Of a DNA stretch of 64,000 nt, positions 24,930 through 37,409 are shown one piece after another. The notes below the pieces were generated by a model. It was given only the letters and a program-made list of their open reading frames with translations. It was not told the origin of the DNA and made no database searches. Source of the stretch: Octopus sinensis (lineage: Eukaryota); assembly GCF_006345805.1 (NCBI RefSeq), contig NC_043008.1:7440001-7504000 (forward strand), given 5' to 3'. The translations under genes and the position numbers were made by a program. The first letter of the stretch is position 1. Every line of letters starts with the position of its first letter.

Positions 24930-25220
24930 GTATGCAAAAGGAAGGTTTTAGATTTCTGAAAATGGCTCGATGTCTTTAAATAGATACGACTCTGTGTCGG
25001 TGTAGCGATATGATATTTGGTCTGTTAAATGTCATAAATTCATGTGCGCTGCATGTAATTACATCATTAAAAAACGGCTTGGTTTCAGCATTTGGAAGCT
25101 GTGAGCAGAGAGTGATTTCGTGTCCATCACTCGATAGAATTTCAATAGATATACCACATAGCATTTCCAAGCCTAAAGGAGTTAATATCACAGCTCAGAA
25201 AACAGTCTTGGTATCTCTGT
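24930..25220 (-). pseudogene. F5/8C-like C-terminal half relic
   Basis: AVILT/GNAMWY, then SIEILSSDGHEITLCSQLPNAETKPFFND..FNRPNIISLHRHRVVSI (~YSSDG..W...NGE.K.F.GN.D..FNPPIIARYIRI). Confidence 0.45.
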
Positions 25221-25541
25221 TTTTTCTGTGTTTGTTTATACTTGTGTATATGTGTAGGTTTATCTAGCGTCCTGCGGTTTAGATTTATAAGCTGTAAAAT
25301 GGACATGATGTAACGCATAGGATTCTTTACAAATATATATACATATATATATATATGAACAAGCATGAGTAATTAAAAACCTGTAATAAGGCCAGCAGCT
25401 TGGTCCTTTTTGTTCGCAATATTCTGCAGAAAAATATTATTTGTTAATTGTTAACGGTTTTCATTTCCCTTCCCGAAATTTTCATTTGATAGCGTCTATG
25501 TGTGCCTGAAGCGTTCAACACCTACATATAAATTCTAGTAC

Positions 25542-25687
25542 CTATTTCTTTACTACCCACAAGGGTCTAAACACAGAAGGGACAAACAAGGACAGACAAA
25601 CGGATTAAGTCGATTATATCAACCCCAGTGCTTAACTGGTACTTAATTTATCGACCCCGAAAGGATGAAAGGCAAAGTCTACTTCCC
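25542..25687 (-). mobile_element. SINE family B, 5'-truncated
   Basis: Tail and core are present and the head is absent. Confidence 0.9.
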
Positions 25688-25845
25688 CCACATAAAAGAT
25701 CACCACACAAACACACACAAACACGCGCACACACACACTCACACACACACACATATACGTATAAAACAATTCTCCCTGACGACAACTACCCCCGAGGACA
25801 ATTGCCCCCTTGGTCCATGGAAGGGTAAATGTACTAGACTCATAT

Positions 25846-26063
25846 ACTTTAATTCTTTTATTTCTTTCAGTCATTTGACAGCGGCCATGCTAGAGCACCG
25901 CCTTTAACGGAACAAACCGACCCCAGAACTTATTTTTGTAAACCTAGCACTTATTCTATGGTTTTGTCTTGCTAAGTCACGGAGACGTAAACATGGCAAC
26001 ATCGGTTGTCAAGCGATGGTGGGGTGACAAACGCAGGCAAGTAAACACATAGACATATACACA

Positions 26064-26096
<33 letters not shown>

Positions 26097-26246
26097 GCGC
26101 CGGGCTTCTTTCAGTTTCAGTCGAACAAATTCATTCACAAGGCTTTGGTCGACTCAAGCCTATAATAGAAGTCATTTGCCCATGATGCCAGGAACTCGGA
26201 ACCATGTGGTTGGTAAGCAAGCTAATACCACACAACCACTCCTGCG

Positions 26247-26250
<4 letters not shown>
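25846..26250 (-). mobile_element. SINE family A
   Basis: Diverged full-length copy. Confidence 0.9.
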
Positions 26251-26331
<81 letters not shown>

Positions 26332-26385
26332 ATATATATCAATATAAATATATATATATATATTATATATATATATATATACATA

Positions 26386-26425
<40 letters not shown>

Positions 26426-26589
26426 CATATATATATATACACATACATACATATACATATTTATATATGTATATATGCATATATATGACATTTAGATTAC
26501 TTAAAATATGTTCTGGCACGTTTTAACTTCTAAAGGCAGTTAATGTGGAGAAAACGTCTTTCTTTTGTTAAAAGTGCTAAAAGAACGTC

Positions 26590-26900
26590 CACGTGAGTGT
26601 AGAGAAAGCACTTGCTAGGATAATGGTGTGATATTATATCAAGGGGCCAAAAGAAGGTGGGGCAACTAACAACACCGGATCAACTATTGTAGCATAATTT
26701 TCAAGGCTGTCTGCGACAACTTATTATGTTTAGCGAGATTTCGCATATGAAAGAAAATGAAGCACCTTCTTGTTTCATATAAGCTGAAAGACTCTTCCTC
26801 AACAACGCAGCCGCCGTCCCAGAGTCTTTATCAATGGATGCTATTGCTGACAAGAAGGAGTAAGAAACAGTCTATCAATCCAGCAAGCATCACTTAAGAA
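26590..26900 (+). mobile_element. RTE-like LINE ORF2 C-terminal relic
   Basis: ILYQGAKRRW (~LLYGAESW) and FQGCLRQLI (~FHQRCLR.IL) in the expected order. Confidence 0.35.
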
Positions 26901-27239
26901 AAGAAGCCATCAGTTTGTCAAAGCTTGATATATGTCATGTTCATTAAAACATATGCGCCTATATTCCATAACTCCTCAGTGGTACATGAGAAGTCATCTT
27001 ACTAACGAACTGAAGTTCCCACGTTCTTATCATAGAAATGCTAGGGGCTTATTCGGACAGTTTCTTCAGGTGGAGAAGAACTGGCTCGAGGTGAGGAGTA
27101 GAGCGGCCAGTCTCAGCCAAACATGAGGGTGAAAGCTATAACGGAAAGGTTGGAGAGGGGTGGTGAATGTTAATATTACTTCCCTCATATGTGTTAAAAA
27201 TGGGTTAAAAATATTTCCAATGAAACAACCTGGTTTAAT

Positions 27240-27350
27240 ATTAATTTCAAATCTTGTCAAAAAGCCAGCAATTTTACGGGAGGGGCAGGTCGATTACATT
27301 GACCTCAATGCTCAGTTGGCACTTAAAAGCAAAGACGGCTTCGGCAGAAC
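27240..27350 (-). mobile_element. SINE family B-related variant, decayed 3' part
   Basis: Same tail as 61180-61375 (TTTCAAAT..AAGCCAGCAAT..GTCGATTACAT.GAC). Confidence 0.6.
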
Positions 27351-27404
27351 GTGCTATAGTATCGAAACGGGAAAATTTTATCAAGACATCACACAATATA
27401 CAAT

Positions 27405-27640
27405 AGGCGGCGAGCTGGCGGAATCGTTAGCACGCCGGGCGAAATGCTTTGCGGTATTTCGTCTGTCCTTACATTCTGAGTTCAAATTCCGCCGAGGTTG
27501 ACTTTGCCTTTCATCCTTTCGGGGTCGATAAATAAAGTACCAGTTTCGCACTGTGGTCGATGTAATCGACTTAATCCCTTTGTCTGTCCTTGTTTGTCCC
27601 CCCTCTGTGTTTAGCCCCTTGTGGGTAATAAAGAAACATA
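27405..27640 (+). mobile_element. SINE family B, full length
   Basis: Head, core and TAAAGAAA tail are intact. Confidence 0.93.
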
Positions 27641-27779
27641 TATACGCAATTTTATTCAGTCATCACTTTTTAAGCGTTTCCTGTTTACCATATTCTTCAA
27701 TTGCATTAGATATCTTATACCTACATTTGAATACCCCACTTTCTTTTAACATTTAATCTTCATTTGTTTTACTTATATT

Positions 27780-28460
27780 CTAGGCCTAATTAAAGATGAA
27801 ATATACCTACATACCTGTTGTACCTTAAAATATAAATGTTATATTTCTATAGTTATAAAACGTCATGGTTTATCTTATCCTCCTACTAAACATTTTAAAT
27901 TTGATATCTTGTATTTTTCGTCGTTTTATTTTTACTGAGTCCCGATTATTCTAATATTTCTCTCTCCTGTTCTTCATCATTTGATTCTTTATATTTCTAC
28001 CCTGCTTCCTACCCGTTTGATGCTTCTACGATACGCTACATACTTGGCTGATTCTACTCTCAATTAGGCTGGAAAGCGTCCTCTGTCACTCACTTGGGAA
28101 TTGAATCTATAATTCTTACTTTCATTCTTTTGATGAACTCAGCTGGATACTTTTCCTTTCTGGTTTATGTCCTGTCACGACTGGCCCCTTTCTTTCAAAC
28201 TGATTACAGCCCTTCCATTTCTCATCTGCTTCTCTTTTATTCTTTCTTCATTCTTCTTTATCCGTTTTTCTCTTCCACTTTTCTTCAAATCGCTCTACAC
28301 TTCATGACCTTTCTTAAAATGGCTATATCTACCGCACTACCACTCATCCCATTTCCCACTGGTTTTTTGATTGACATTTCCATACTGTTAAGTACCAGCC
28401 TGCTGCTAAAGGAATTGCATTCTGTCACAATTTTATTCCGAAGAGAGACACTCTTCTAAT
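27780..28460 (-). mobile_element. LINE ORF2 relic (EN-RT linker to RT domain 1)
   Basis: Purine-rich K/E/R stretch ending in NYRNITF (~NYRGITL / NYRPISL). Confidence 0.4.
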
Positions 28461-29129
28461 ATTATGGCTTAAATTTGTAGATTTCGACTTTAGGATTTCA
28501 AAATTAAAAAAAAATCTTTGTTGTGCTTCATTACATCAATGCATCCCTGTTTATATAATACACCTTATTGCTTCAACCAGTCGCTGAAATTTTGAAACAG
28601 GTGTAAAGTATTATCGACTTTTCATTCGTTCTTACATGGCAACGTCTGTATAAATTCGGTTGTAAGCAACAAAAATGATAAAATGCCATATTTACGAATT
28701 TTATCTCTTTTATCTATCATCTATCATTTTATCAAACGTGTGAGCTCCACAGTTCAAATTAGCTTCTCTTTTACTGTGGCATAATTTTTACTCGGATTAG
28801 GACGGTGGATTTCAAGAGTTTAAGATTTTCCTTAGTTCTAGTCTGGCGTTGATCTATGTTACGCTTAAACTAGTCTCTTGTAACTCATTGACGAAATCTA
28901 TATGTATATGTGCCTTAATTTACATATGTGTGTATATGTATATACATATATATGTATAAATCACGCAATCAAACACATAAACATATGTATACATATATTT
29001 ATCGCTTATACATTGCTTATACATATGTATAAGCAATTTTTGTATGCTTATACGCAAGTTCTTTGAATGCACGTGTCATGATAGTAACCTTGCATTCTCA
29101 ATCACGATCTGGTTGGGTGGTATTTAGGA

Positions 29130-29760
29130 TGGTTGGCCAAACTAACTGACCACTTAATGTCTTCATGTGCCGATAATGGAAAACAAAGCTGTCCAAGGAT
29201 CTCCCAAATACAACTTCCAGGAATTTACTTCGTAGCAGAAGTAGAAATGCAACCGATAATTTTAACTAAAATTTCTCATGGATACACTACATTTTACTCA
29301 CCCACATTGACTACCACAAAAAGACGTTTCCCTAAACGTCCACATCTTAGCGAGACGACTACCACTGTCATTGTGAAAGCCGTTCGCAGAAAATGATTCG
29401 ACTTGCTTTTGTACTTATTTCAACCCTCTGTTTTCTGAGAGTCCGTCTAAGCGCAACTTCCCGAAACAAACAATTTCTCTGTGGAAACACAGTTCGATCT
29501 ATGACAAAAAAAAAATGTCTGTGTGCATATGTATTGTACTAGCTAAATACATGATATGTGTAGATATCACTATATCGGTAGTGCAAACGGAAACTCCGGC
29601 TCCAGATTAAGAAAAACATACAGACACACACTTTCTATGTTAAAAATATCATCTGAAGAAATCCTGCCACCGTATAATGAGGAATTTTGCAAATTCACTA
29701 ATCAAGAAGGCTATTTCCATTGAAAAACAAAACCCAGAAATCAAAAAGAGACCGGATTAA
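29130..29760 (+). mobile_element. Penelope-like element relic: RT thumb plus GIY-YIG endonuclease
   Basis: LHFTHP..LARRL (~YLHF.S.HP.....LARRI), CTS*I..C..HYIGS (~C.S.NLIY...C..YIG.T), EGYFH*KTKP (~E.YFI..FKP.LN). Confidence 0.6.
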
Positions 29761-29999
29761 ACGACACACACTCTCTTTTCTACAGACCGATGCACACTTA
29801 TATTTCACTCACACTTACTCAACTTGGTAATTTGATATCTAACACACAATCTTCACATTACTAAAACATGATTTATCACAATAAAGAGCTTCATATAACC
29901 TATGCTATTTAAATATGGAGATTACCAAAATAACTTAGCTATTTCACTTTAGCTTTTTTCGATATCTTTTTCCACAATTCCTTCATACACTCGCAATAA

Positions 30000-31600
30000 A
30001 TTGCCATTTCTGTAGCTGATATTGCTACATCACATTATTTTCTGCAACCTGTTTGAACCAACCACAATAATAAATACGGTAATTCGTCAATGATTTTCAC
30101 ACAACACACTAGAAACATCTGCAGTTTGCAACGCATGCAAAGTATTTTCTCGTTGATTTCATTTGATATCACTTTTTATACTTTTGCCTAACATCTAACC
30201 TGCGGTGCTCAAAGGATTTTGTCGAAAATATTCTTTCGAATATTGCAATACTTCGAGCAGTATACACTTCTCTGCAACTAGTGATAACAGTAATATCATT
30301 TAATGATTTCTATTCACACGCTAGCGAGGAGTCAGTAGCTAGGTTGGACTAGCGTACAGGCATCATTCCTTTTGCTAATTGTGGAGCGGATTACTATTCT
30401 TTTTACATATTTTATCACCAAACACATATACTTTTAATCGGAAACATTGAAATTAAAACTGATTACCGTTTCCATTTGCGATTCGTCTTCGACAGAACAG
30501 GTTTTCGGTTAAAATAACGTCATGTTGTCATGAGATTTCTTGTTGCTTTATGAATACTATATATTATGATCCAATCTACATATAGATGACATGTCTTCTC
30601 TCTTCTTGTACATATATCAAATTTAGCTATTTTATTACGAGGAGTAACTCACTCTAAGTGTTCCCATATCTCCTACAACATTTTAAAAATCTCTGTGGTA
30701 GGAAAAAATTGCCATCGTCAAAATAGAAGGCAATGGCATTTTGTCATCTAACTCTTCTGATGTTCCGAAAGTAAAAGTCTTCCTGTAGCTGCAATTGATG
30801 CAGATGTTTTGTCATTTTGTTCAAATGATCAGTGCCTATTTTGTTCATTTTCTAAATTGCTGGTTCTCTCTTTCTCTCACTTCCTCTGTGATTCCACCCG
30901 CGGGCGAAACAATCTCAATTTTCTTTCGTCCAGGAAATGAGAACGTAAAAATATATTTCCGACGTCTCTAGATTTGCATGATGTTTTCTTGTGATATTCC
31001 TTCTCTCAAATGTTCTTCGCAGAATATATTTCAACAAGTTAAACAACTAAATGTGCAGCTGCTAATCTTTCCGCCCTAGATGTGATTAGTACACAGCACG
31101 CTAATCCGGAAACATCTCTGGGGCTATTTTGCGGTCAGAGATCCCGAATTAGGAGTCAGCATCATTACTGATGTCCCTAATAGGCGCCTTCGAGATGTTT
31201 CCATCCTATATTTTGATGGACCAATTAGAGAGCGAGCATGTATTTCTGTTAGTTAGTGGGTTTGATATTTTCTTCCTTCTTCAGTTGGTGTGTAAGATCA
31301 ATATTATACCATATCCTCGGAATCTACAAAAGATTTTCTTTCATTTTCTTAATGCGGACAATTTTCATCTACTTTTTGAAGAACATAATTAAAGTCACTG
31401 CAAATCGGAACTTACAAATACACTATTCATCATTCCTATTTTAATTCTTCAGAAATAGGACGTTTCAGAGAAGCGCTGAATCTATTCCCTTAAGAACACT
31501 ATGCTTTCGTAGTTCTTTGATACAATTTGTAGTAAAGTAATTTTGCAAAATGTCTGGGTGCATCAGACCTGTTTGCCTATCGTGCACATTCGCTTACCTT
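30000..31600 (-). mobile_element. Probable Helitron RepHel relic
   Basis: Colinear weak motifs: GPSKY (~GPTSF), PQRCFRISVLC (~PRQLR.LF..IL..C), FPGRKK (~PGGTGKT), IAATG.LLL (~VA.TGIAATLL), VGDMG (~GDFRQ). Confidence 0.35.
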
Positions 31601-31637
31601 ATTCCGTGTCTTCTCTTACCTTATTTTGCACCGTGAA

Positions 31638-31678
31638 CCCTCCATCAAATCGACATCGTACGTCGATTTGATGAAGGG
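31638..31678. other. Short near-perfect hairpin
   Basis: CCCT-C-CATCAAATCGAC atcgtac GTCGATTTGATG-A-AGGG. Confidence 0.8.
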
Positions 31679-31840
31679 AGTGAGACAATGTACAGCACAT
31701 GAATTTCATCTCTATAAACTTCACTTGCGCTGGTCGTTCTAGACGATTCCATTACGCATATGTCACTGACGGTAGATACCACTATGTTTATGTATGTGCG
31801 CTTGCGCGTGTTAGTGAGATTATATGTATACTTGTATTAA

Positions 31841-32072
31841 AGGCGGTGAACTGGCAGAAACGTCAGCACGCCGGGCGAAATGCGTAGCCGTATTTCGTCT
31901 GCCGTTACGTTGTGAGTTCAAATTCCGCCAGGTCGACTTTGCTTTTCATCCTTTCGTGGTCGATATAGATTAAGTACCAGTTACGCACCTTGGTCGATGT
32001 AATCGACTTAATCCGTTAGTCTGACATTTTTTGTCCCCTCTGTGTTTAGCCCCTTGTGGGTAGTAAAGAAAC
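31841..32072 (+). mobile_element. SINE family B
   Basis: Full-length homolog. Confidence 0.93.
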
Positions 32073-32224
32073 AGATATGTATACTTGTATATACATATGT
32101 GTGTGTGTTTATATATAGGTACACACGGACATATATGTATCTATCTATATAACTTTATGTGTATATGCATGTGTGTATGTATGTATGTTTTTATGTATGC
32201 ATGTATGTATGTAAATTATTTTGA

Positions 32225-33060
32225 GACAGCGTCATGGGTTACACAAGCGGCTGGCACTAAGTAATCTCATGCATGAATGTAATTAGTGAAGTATGTCTTC
32301 TAATTAGGAGACTGGGTAACCTTGTTAATGAATGTGTTAATAGAGTCCGTTTAGTCCTGAATTGACTTCTTTTTGATGTTTCCGTTGAGCCGTGTTTGGT
32401 AGTTCGATAATACCTTCATTGCACATTATATTTATTTCCGATCGAATGAACCTGTCACCAGATGATTTATATTTACAGGATTTCTGAATTACAAGCCTAA
32501 TAGCAGGTAATAAATTACAAAATTTCCAGAGCTGATCAATTTTGAGTGATTCCATAATGTGTAAAGATGCGAGTCTGAACACTGATATTATAAGTTTCAT
32601 ATTTGTCCGGGAAAGATACAAAACAACGGCCATGTAACAACGAGTTTGTGTGGAGAAACGTGAGGAAATATTTGATTCTCTAGTTTGTGGTTATCGTGTA
32701 GCCCCGGATCAAAATATTTTTGACTGGTTATGATAATAGGGGCATTGATAATATAGTGCCATGATACTTATAAGGTAAACTTTATGTCCAAGAGAAACAC
32801 AGATGAAATATTCGATAATTCTGATATCGAGCGGCTTGTTCCGAGTTCTGCTAATGTCAAATTCGATAATAGTATGTTAATTGATGGCTATTGTTGGTGC
32901 AAACCTGTCGAAGACAATGTTAGGCAAACTATTTCGATTGAGCTCGAGAAGATGCAGCTGTAATATTTGTCACGTTTGTGTCCCTTGAAAATTAAGCGAT
33001 GAGTAATACACCATTCTCTATTTGGCAGCAGTCACGTAAATTCGAGAAATTTCAATAACA
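32225..33060 (+). pseudogene. Contiguous F5/8C(C-half)-TSP1-F5/8C(N-half) relic
   Basis: G.VTQA, GDWVT, FDNTFIAHYIYF..R*FIFTG (~FDPPIIARYI..RFELYG). Then S*SILSDS..C (~SWS.WSDC) and CPG/DTKQRPCNNE/C. Then an open 68-codon frame at 32757-32960, CHD..EIFDNSDI..VPSS..CWCKPVEDNVRQTISIELEK (~EI.D.QITASS..GW.P.ED..QWIQVDL). Confidence 0.55.
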
Positions 33061-33135
33061 CATGAAGTTGGTGCACACGTACACACGCACGCTAACACAC
33101 ACATACGCACAAATGTATACACACACGCACACACA

Positions 33136-33166
<31 letters not shown>

Positions 33167-33569
33167 AGGCTTCTGATTTTTCTCAAAGTTACGGAATTTG
33201 CAAAGAGTATCAGATAAATTCTAGTTTCCTCGTAAATAGCTCTACGCTAGCAAAGGCGAAATCCATTGCTCAGAGGCACACGTGACGCAGAAAATGTGTG
33301 CATATCAGGTCATATTTTATGCGTTCAACGGCTGATGGCTACTTTTGTAAATTAAATAGAATGTGATCAACTTAGGATGAAAGTTAATTTTCATCTGGCA
33401 TTAAGTTACTAAAAGTTGAAAAGGCTTCTGAAAGAAGATCTTGCGTTTTACTTGGTTTCGTTCAGTACGATACCAACAGTAGCAGACAGTAATTGATGTA
33501 TCTCAAGTAAAGTTAGACATTTCTTTTAATATTACAGTATTATTTCTTTTTTACTGGCAACTATTAAAT

Positions 33570-33715
33570 ATATTACTTTATCGAGGTTAGGTTACTTTGG
33601 GAGAGTTAAGTAATTACTATGTTACCCATAAATGCAAGTTATACAATACAACTGCATATCAGTTATTGGGCATAGACTTGTTTTGTTTTTACGGTTGACC
33701 GACTTTCGGTGAATG
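33570..33715 (+). pseudogene. Possible C-terminus of the second F5/8C unit
   Basis: LPINASYTIQLH (~PIIARYIRLH), then CFYG* (~ELYGC). Confidence 0.3.
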
Positions 33716-34300
33716 AAATGGTCCTGGTGTTGAAAGTTGAGAGCTGATAAAAGGCCTCATTTCTATAAAAATCATAAAAATCATAAAAAGAAACCAAAAA
33801 CCATTCTGGATCCGTTGTAATAGGATTCGCTTGTCTGTTGATAACTAAGAAAGATGAATAAGAAAGATTTTATTAACACTCGATAATTTTAAACTACAGA
33901 ACACTGAATATAATAGAAACTGTATAAGTAATCGTTTATATTCTCAGAGAGTTGCTATGGCAACCTCTACATAATTTCTATAACAGAGTAGAGCTCAGTA
34001 TTGACTTATAAAGCGTTTAATATACTTTGTTGCATATTAGGGTTGCATAACGAAATACGGTGTCCCTACAACTTCTCATAGTCAAACACTAGTCAATACA
34101 TACATACAAGTGGTAGGAGTGGCTGTGTGGTAAGTAGGTTGCTAACCAACCACATGGTTCTGGGTTCAATCCCACTGCGTGGCATCTTGGGCAAGTGTCT
34201 TCTGCTAGAAGGCCCGGGCCGACCAAGGCCTTGTGAGTGGATTTGGTAGACGGAAACTGAAAGAAGCCTGTCGTATATATATATATATATATATATATAT

Positions 34301-34506
34301 AACGGGAAGGTTTACGAAAATAAACAAAAGACGAAGGCAGGTGGAGTACAAATAAACAAATGTATTAGTATGGCGCTCAGGAATAGAAATAAAACAAGTC
34401 TTTTACGTTTCGAGCCTACGCTCTCCGACAGAAAGATACACAGAAAAGAAACAAGAAGAGAAACAAGGACAGAAAAAAATTGCGTGTAGGGGCTAACGAT
34501 CCAGCA
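34301..34506 (-). mobile_element. Penelope-type mini-element, subfamily 2, nested in the SINE's (TA)n
   Basis: Flanked by TA repeats and homologous to 35369-35520. Confidence 0.7.
34399..34436 (-). ncRNA. Minimal type-I hammerhead ribozyme variant
   Basis: TCTTT-CTGTCGG-A-GAGC-GTAG-GCTC-GAAAC-GTA-AAAGA: 5-bp stem I and a GUA cleavage triplet. Confidence 0.5.
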
Positions 34507-34799
34507 TATATATATATGTGTGTGTGTCTTTGTGTGTTTGTGTTTGTCCCCCTAGCATTGCTTGACAACCGATGTGGGTGTGTTTACGTCCCCGTCACTT
34601 AGCGGTTCAGCAAAAGAAACCGATAGAATAAGTACTGGGTTTACAAAGAATAAGTCGCGCAGTCGATTTGCTCGACTAAAGGCGGTGCTCCAGCATGGCC
34701 GCAGTCACATGACTGAAACAAGTAAAAACAAAATATGTATATATGTATATACATATATATGTATATATATATATACACACACATATATATATATATTAA

Positions 34800-34960
34800 T
34801 AATTATATAAAGGGTTTGGCTATAAGCTTCTCCACGTGCTAGTAAAATAGACGCCAAAAGACGCTATTACCAGCATAACATTTTAAGGTAGTAATAACGT
34901 CTTTTGGCGTCTATTTTTCCAGCGCGTTGAGAGGCTTATAGCCAATCCCTTGTTATAATC
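34800..34960. mobile_element. Foldback MITE-like hairpin (~60-bp arms)
   Basis: AAGGGTTTGGCTATAAGCTTCTC..TAGACGCCAAAAGACG pairs with CGTCTTTTGGCGTCTA..GAGGCTTATAGCCAATCCCTT around a loop of about 15 nt. Confidence 0.85.
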
Positions 34961-35184
34961 ATGGATATAATTATTAAAATATTTGTAAAATTTGCCTGTA
35001 AGTTTCTATATTGCGCTGCCCCGCTGGTAAAATCATTAATTATTTTTACCTTTTATAATAATATATATACAGTATAGGACAATCAGTAAGTTGTCATAAT
35101 ATAACTCAGTGTTCCAAATGCCCAGAAACTCTGAATTCTATGACAACTTATGGATTATCCTATATATATATATATATATATATA

Positions 35185-35231
<47 letters not shown>

Positions 35232-35368
35232 ACTCAAGTTTTCTGCTAAGGACACTGACAATATATGTTTATATATATTTAAATATTCACACGCATAAAG
35301 TATATATGAAACAAGTAATCACACACACACACGCGCGCGCGCACACACACACACATATATTCATATAT

Positions 35369-35520
35369 AGTGGAAATTTACAGAAAAACAAAAGACGAAG
35401 GCAGGTGTATAAACAACAAACAGGTATATTAGTTTAACGCTCGGGAAGGTGAGAAAGTGTTTCACGTTTAGAGCCTACGCTCTTCTGCTGAAAGGGACAC
35501 GAGAAAATAAACACACAGAT
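35369..35520 (-). mobile_element. Penelope-type mini-element, subfamily 3, with a decayed hammerhead
   Basis: CCTT-CAGCAGA-A-GAGC-GTAG-GCTC-TAAAC-GTG at 35459-35494. It is the reverse-strand homolog of 42616-42805. Confidence 0.7.
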
Positions 35521-35849
35521 AATACTTAGATATACATTTTCATAGATTGAGGTGGAAAACTAGCTCCTTCACTTCGGCTATTATGTCAGGGTTTGTTGTG
35601 TGGTTGGTTTCGTTGTATGGTTTGTTGACAGTGTTGTTTTATCGATTCTCCGACGACGTCGAAACTCAGCTGAAGTTTATCACACAACTGAGAGATAGTA
35701 CTGTACATTATTCTCCAATACAATTATTATCAGACATCTCACATATTTCTGTATAAAATTCGTCCGTCAAAAGGACTGTGGAATAGATACAACTTGAAAA
35801 AGTTCAACTGAATTTTTTTGAAAGAATTTTATTTTTTGTTTTTCCAATT

Positions 35850-36222
35850 CCACGAAGTTTCTTTGAGATAAATTACTTTCACAAAGTTTTGATGAGAGAA
35901 GGGAACAAAACTCAAACATTCTTGAATAAAACTGAAATATATCGCTGAAAAACTGTATAAAAATACTATACATTCATTACCTGTTGTCACCGGGAAGAAT
36001 CATTTGGGAGGTATCTGCCGTGAAAATGGTAATGAAATAGCTCAAAGATCAAGAATGCAGTTGGATAATGAAAATAAAAGAAGACAAAACTATCTACGCC
36101 ACAGAATCAGACATTTAAATACCATAATAAGGTGGAAGAGGAATATTTTAACTGCACAATTTCAGCATCTCATGGATAAATTATCGAAAATGTACAGAAC
36201 ATTCTATACTACAAGATGCTAA
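35850..36222 (+). pseudogene. F5/8C-like relic
   Basis: KHS*IKL (~QWIQI), SLPVVTGK (~AVATQG), LKDQECSWIMKIKEDKTIYATESD (~SDDG..W..YKE...KIF..N.D), NILTAQF..MYRTFYTTRC* (~PILARF..MR.EFYGC). Confidence 0.35.
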
Positions 36223-36639
36223 GAAAAAGCCATAAGCACCATAAGCACCAACCGTAGAAGGAAATAGAACGTCACGAGGAAAACATCTTTGAATGTGCAA
36301 GCGTTAATTACGTGTTTGCTTCTAATTTGCAAGATTGATTAAAGTGGACAAAGAAAGACTATGGCATAATAAAAGAAATATCTGAGGAATATCTTAAGGT
36401 AATATCACCGAAGATCTAGGAGGAAAGAAAATAAATATTTTACTCAAAAGTTACCAGTACTTGTTAGTGAGTATTGTTTCATTAGAGTAAGGTACATGAT
36501 TCCATTTTCTGTTCGTGTGGTTGAAGTCATTGCAGTATGCTAAAGTACCCCCTGCATTAACTGAAGGGATCACAAACACTTGTTCAACAATACCCATATA
36601 TGTAACTTGTAGCGATACATTTGATACCGATATTATAAA

Positions 36640-36900
36640 TGTTTCAAAAGAAATCTTCTAAGAAAGGTATTCTTTGACAATAATCAATTTCCATTTCTTT
36701 GGCAAAAAGAAAAACAACCAAAAAATCGTTGTGTGATGTGTTCTATAGGATCAAGAGAGAGCAATCTAATTCTTTGGCACAAAGAAATCGTCATATTTAG
36801 TCCATTGGTGAAATCACACTTCTTCCCACCAAACGCCAAAGCCATTGCGTACATGATGATGCTGTTTCCATAATTTCACGCTAGGAGTGCAACAAATAAC
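36640..36900 (-). mobile_element. Internally deleted Tc1 transposase fragment
   Basis: PSVK/GNSIIMY (~PTVKHGGGSIMVW), then LSLDPIEHI (~SPDLNPIEHLW). Confidence 0.5.
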
Positions 36901-37409
36901 AAGGCGTTGATAAAAATACATCATAATAAAAATGTTGCAAACAAAGACAAGTTGACCGAAATATGGTAGGCCAGGCTTGAGTGTGAGTTGAGGGTTTTTC
37001 TCTTACATGAGTGGACTATTCTACTATGCATTTGGGGTACACGTATTCATAGCAATATCTATGAAACCCGATCTGTGTGTACGGCAAATTAGCACCACGT
37101 ATAGAAAAACTTCCATGATCCAGGCAAAAACTGCCAACTTTCATATAAACAGTTATATTGACAGGAACTCTCTCAGTCACTGTCGAAACAGCCTTCTCTC
37201 TCGCTTTCCCTGAAAAGAGGAAAAGGCTTAAGATATATTTGATATCATTCAGATAGCATATACCAAACAACGACGGAAAAATAAGAAAATCACCAAGATG
37301 TCAACATGAAGACATTAGCATTCTAAGGTTTGTTTTGAACTTAACCCATTAAGTCCCAGAGTACTTAAATTTCTGAATGTTACTTTTAATTTTTTACAGA
37401 TGATTGAAA

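Larger units (their letters stand above)
34108..34728 (+). mobile_element. SINE family A interrupted by a mini-element
   Basis: Head at 34108-34273, the body resumes at ~34507, and the tail ends at 34728. Confidence 0.92.

Noticed and set aside
35640-35680. CCGACGA-CGTC-GAAAC hammerhead-like string
   Set aside because: No stem II, no GT-H triplet after GAAAC and no stem I.
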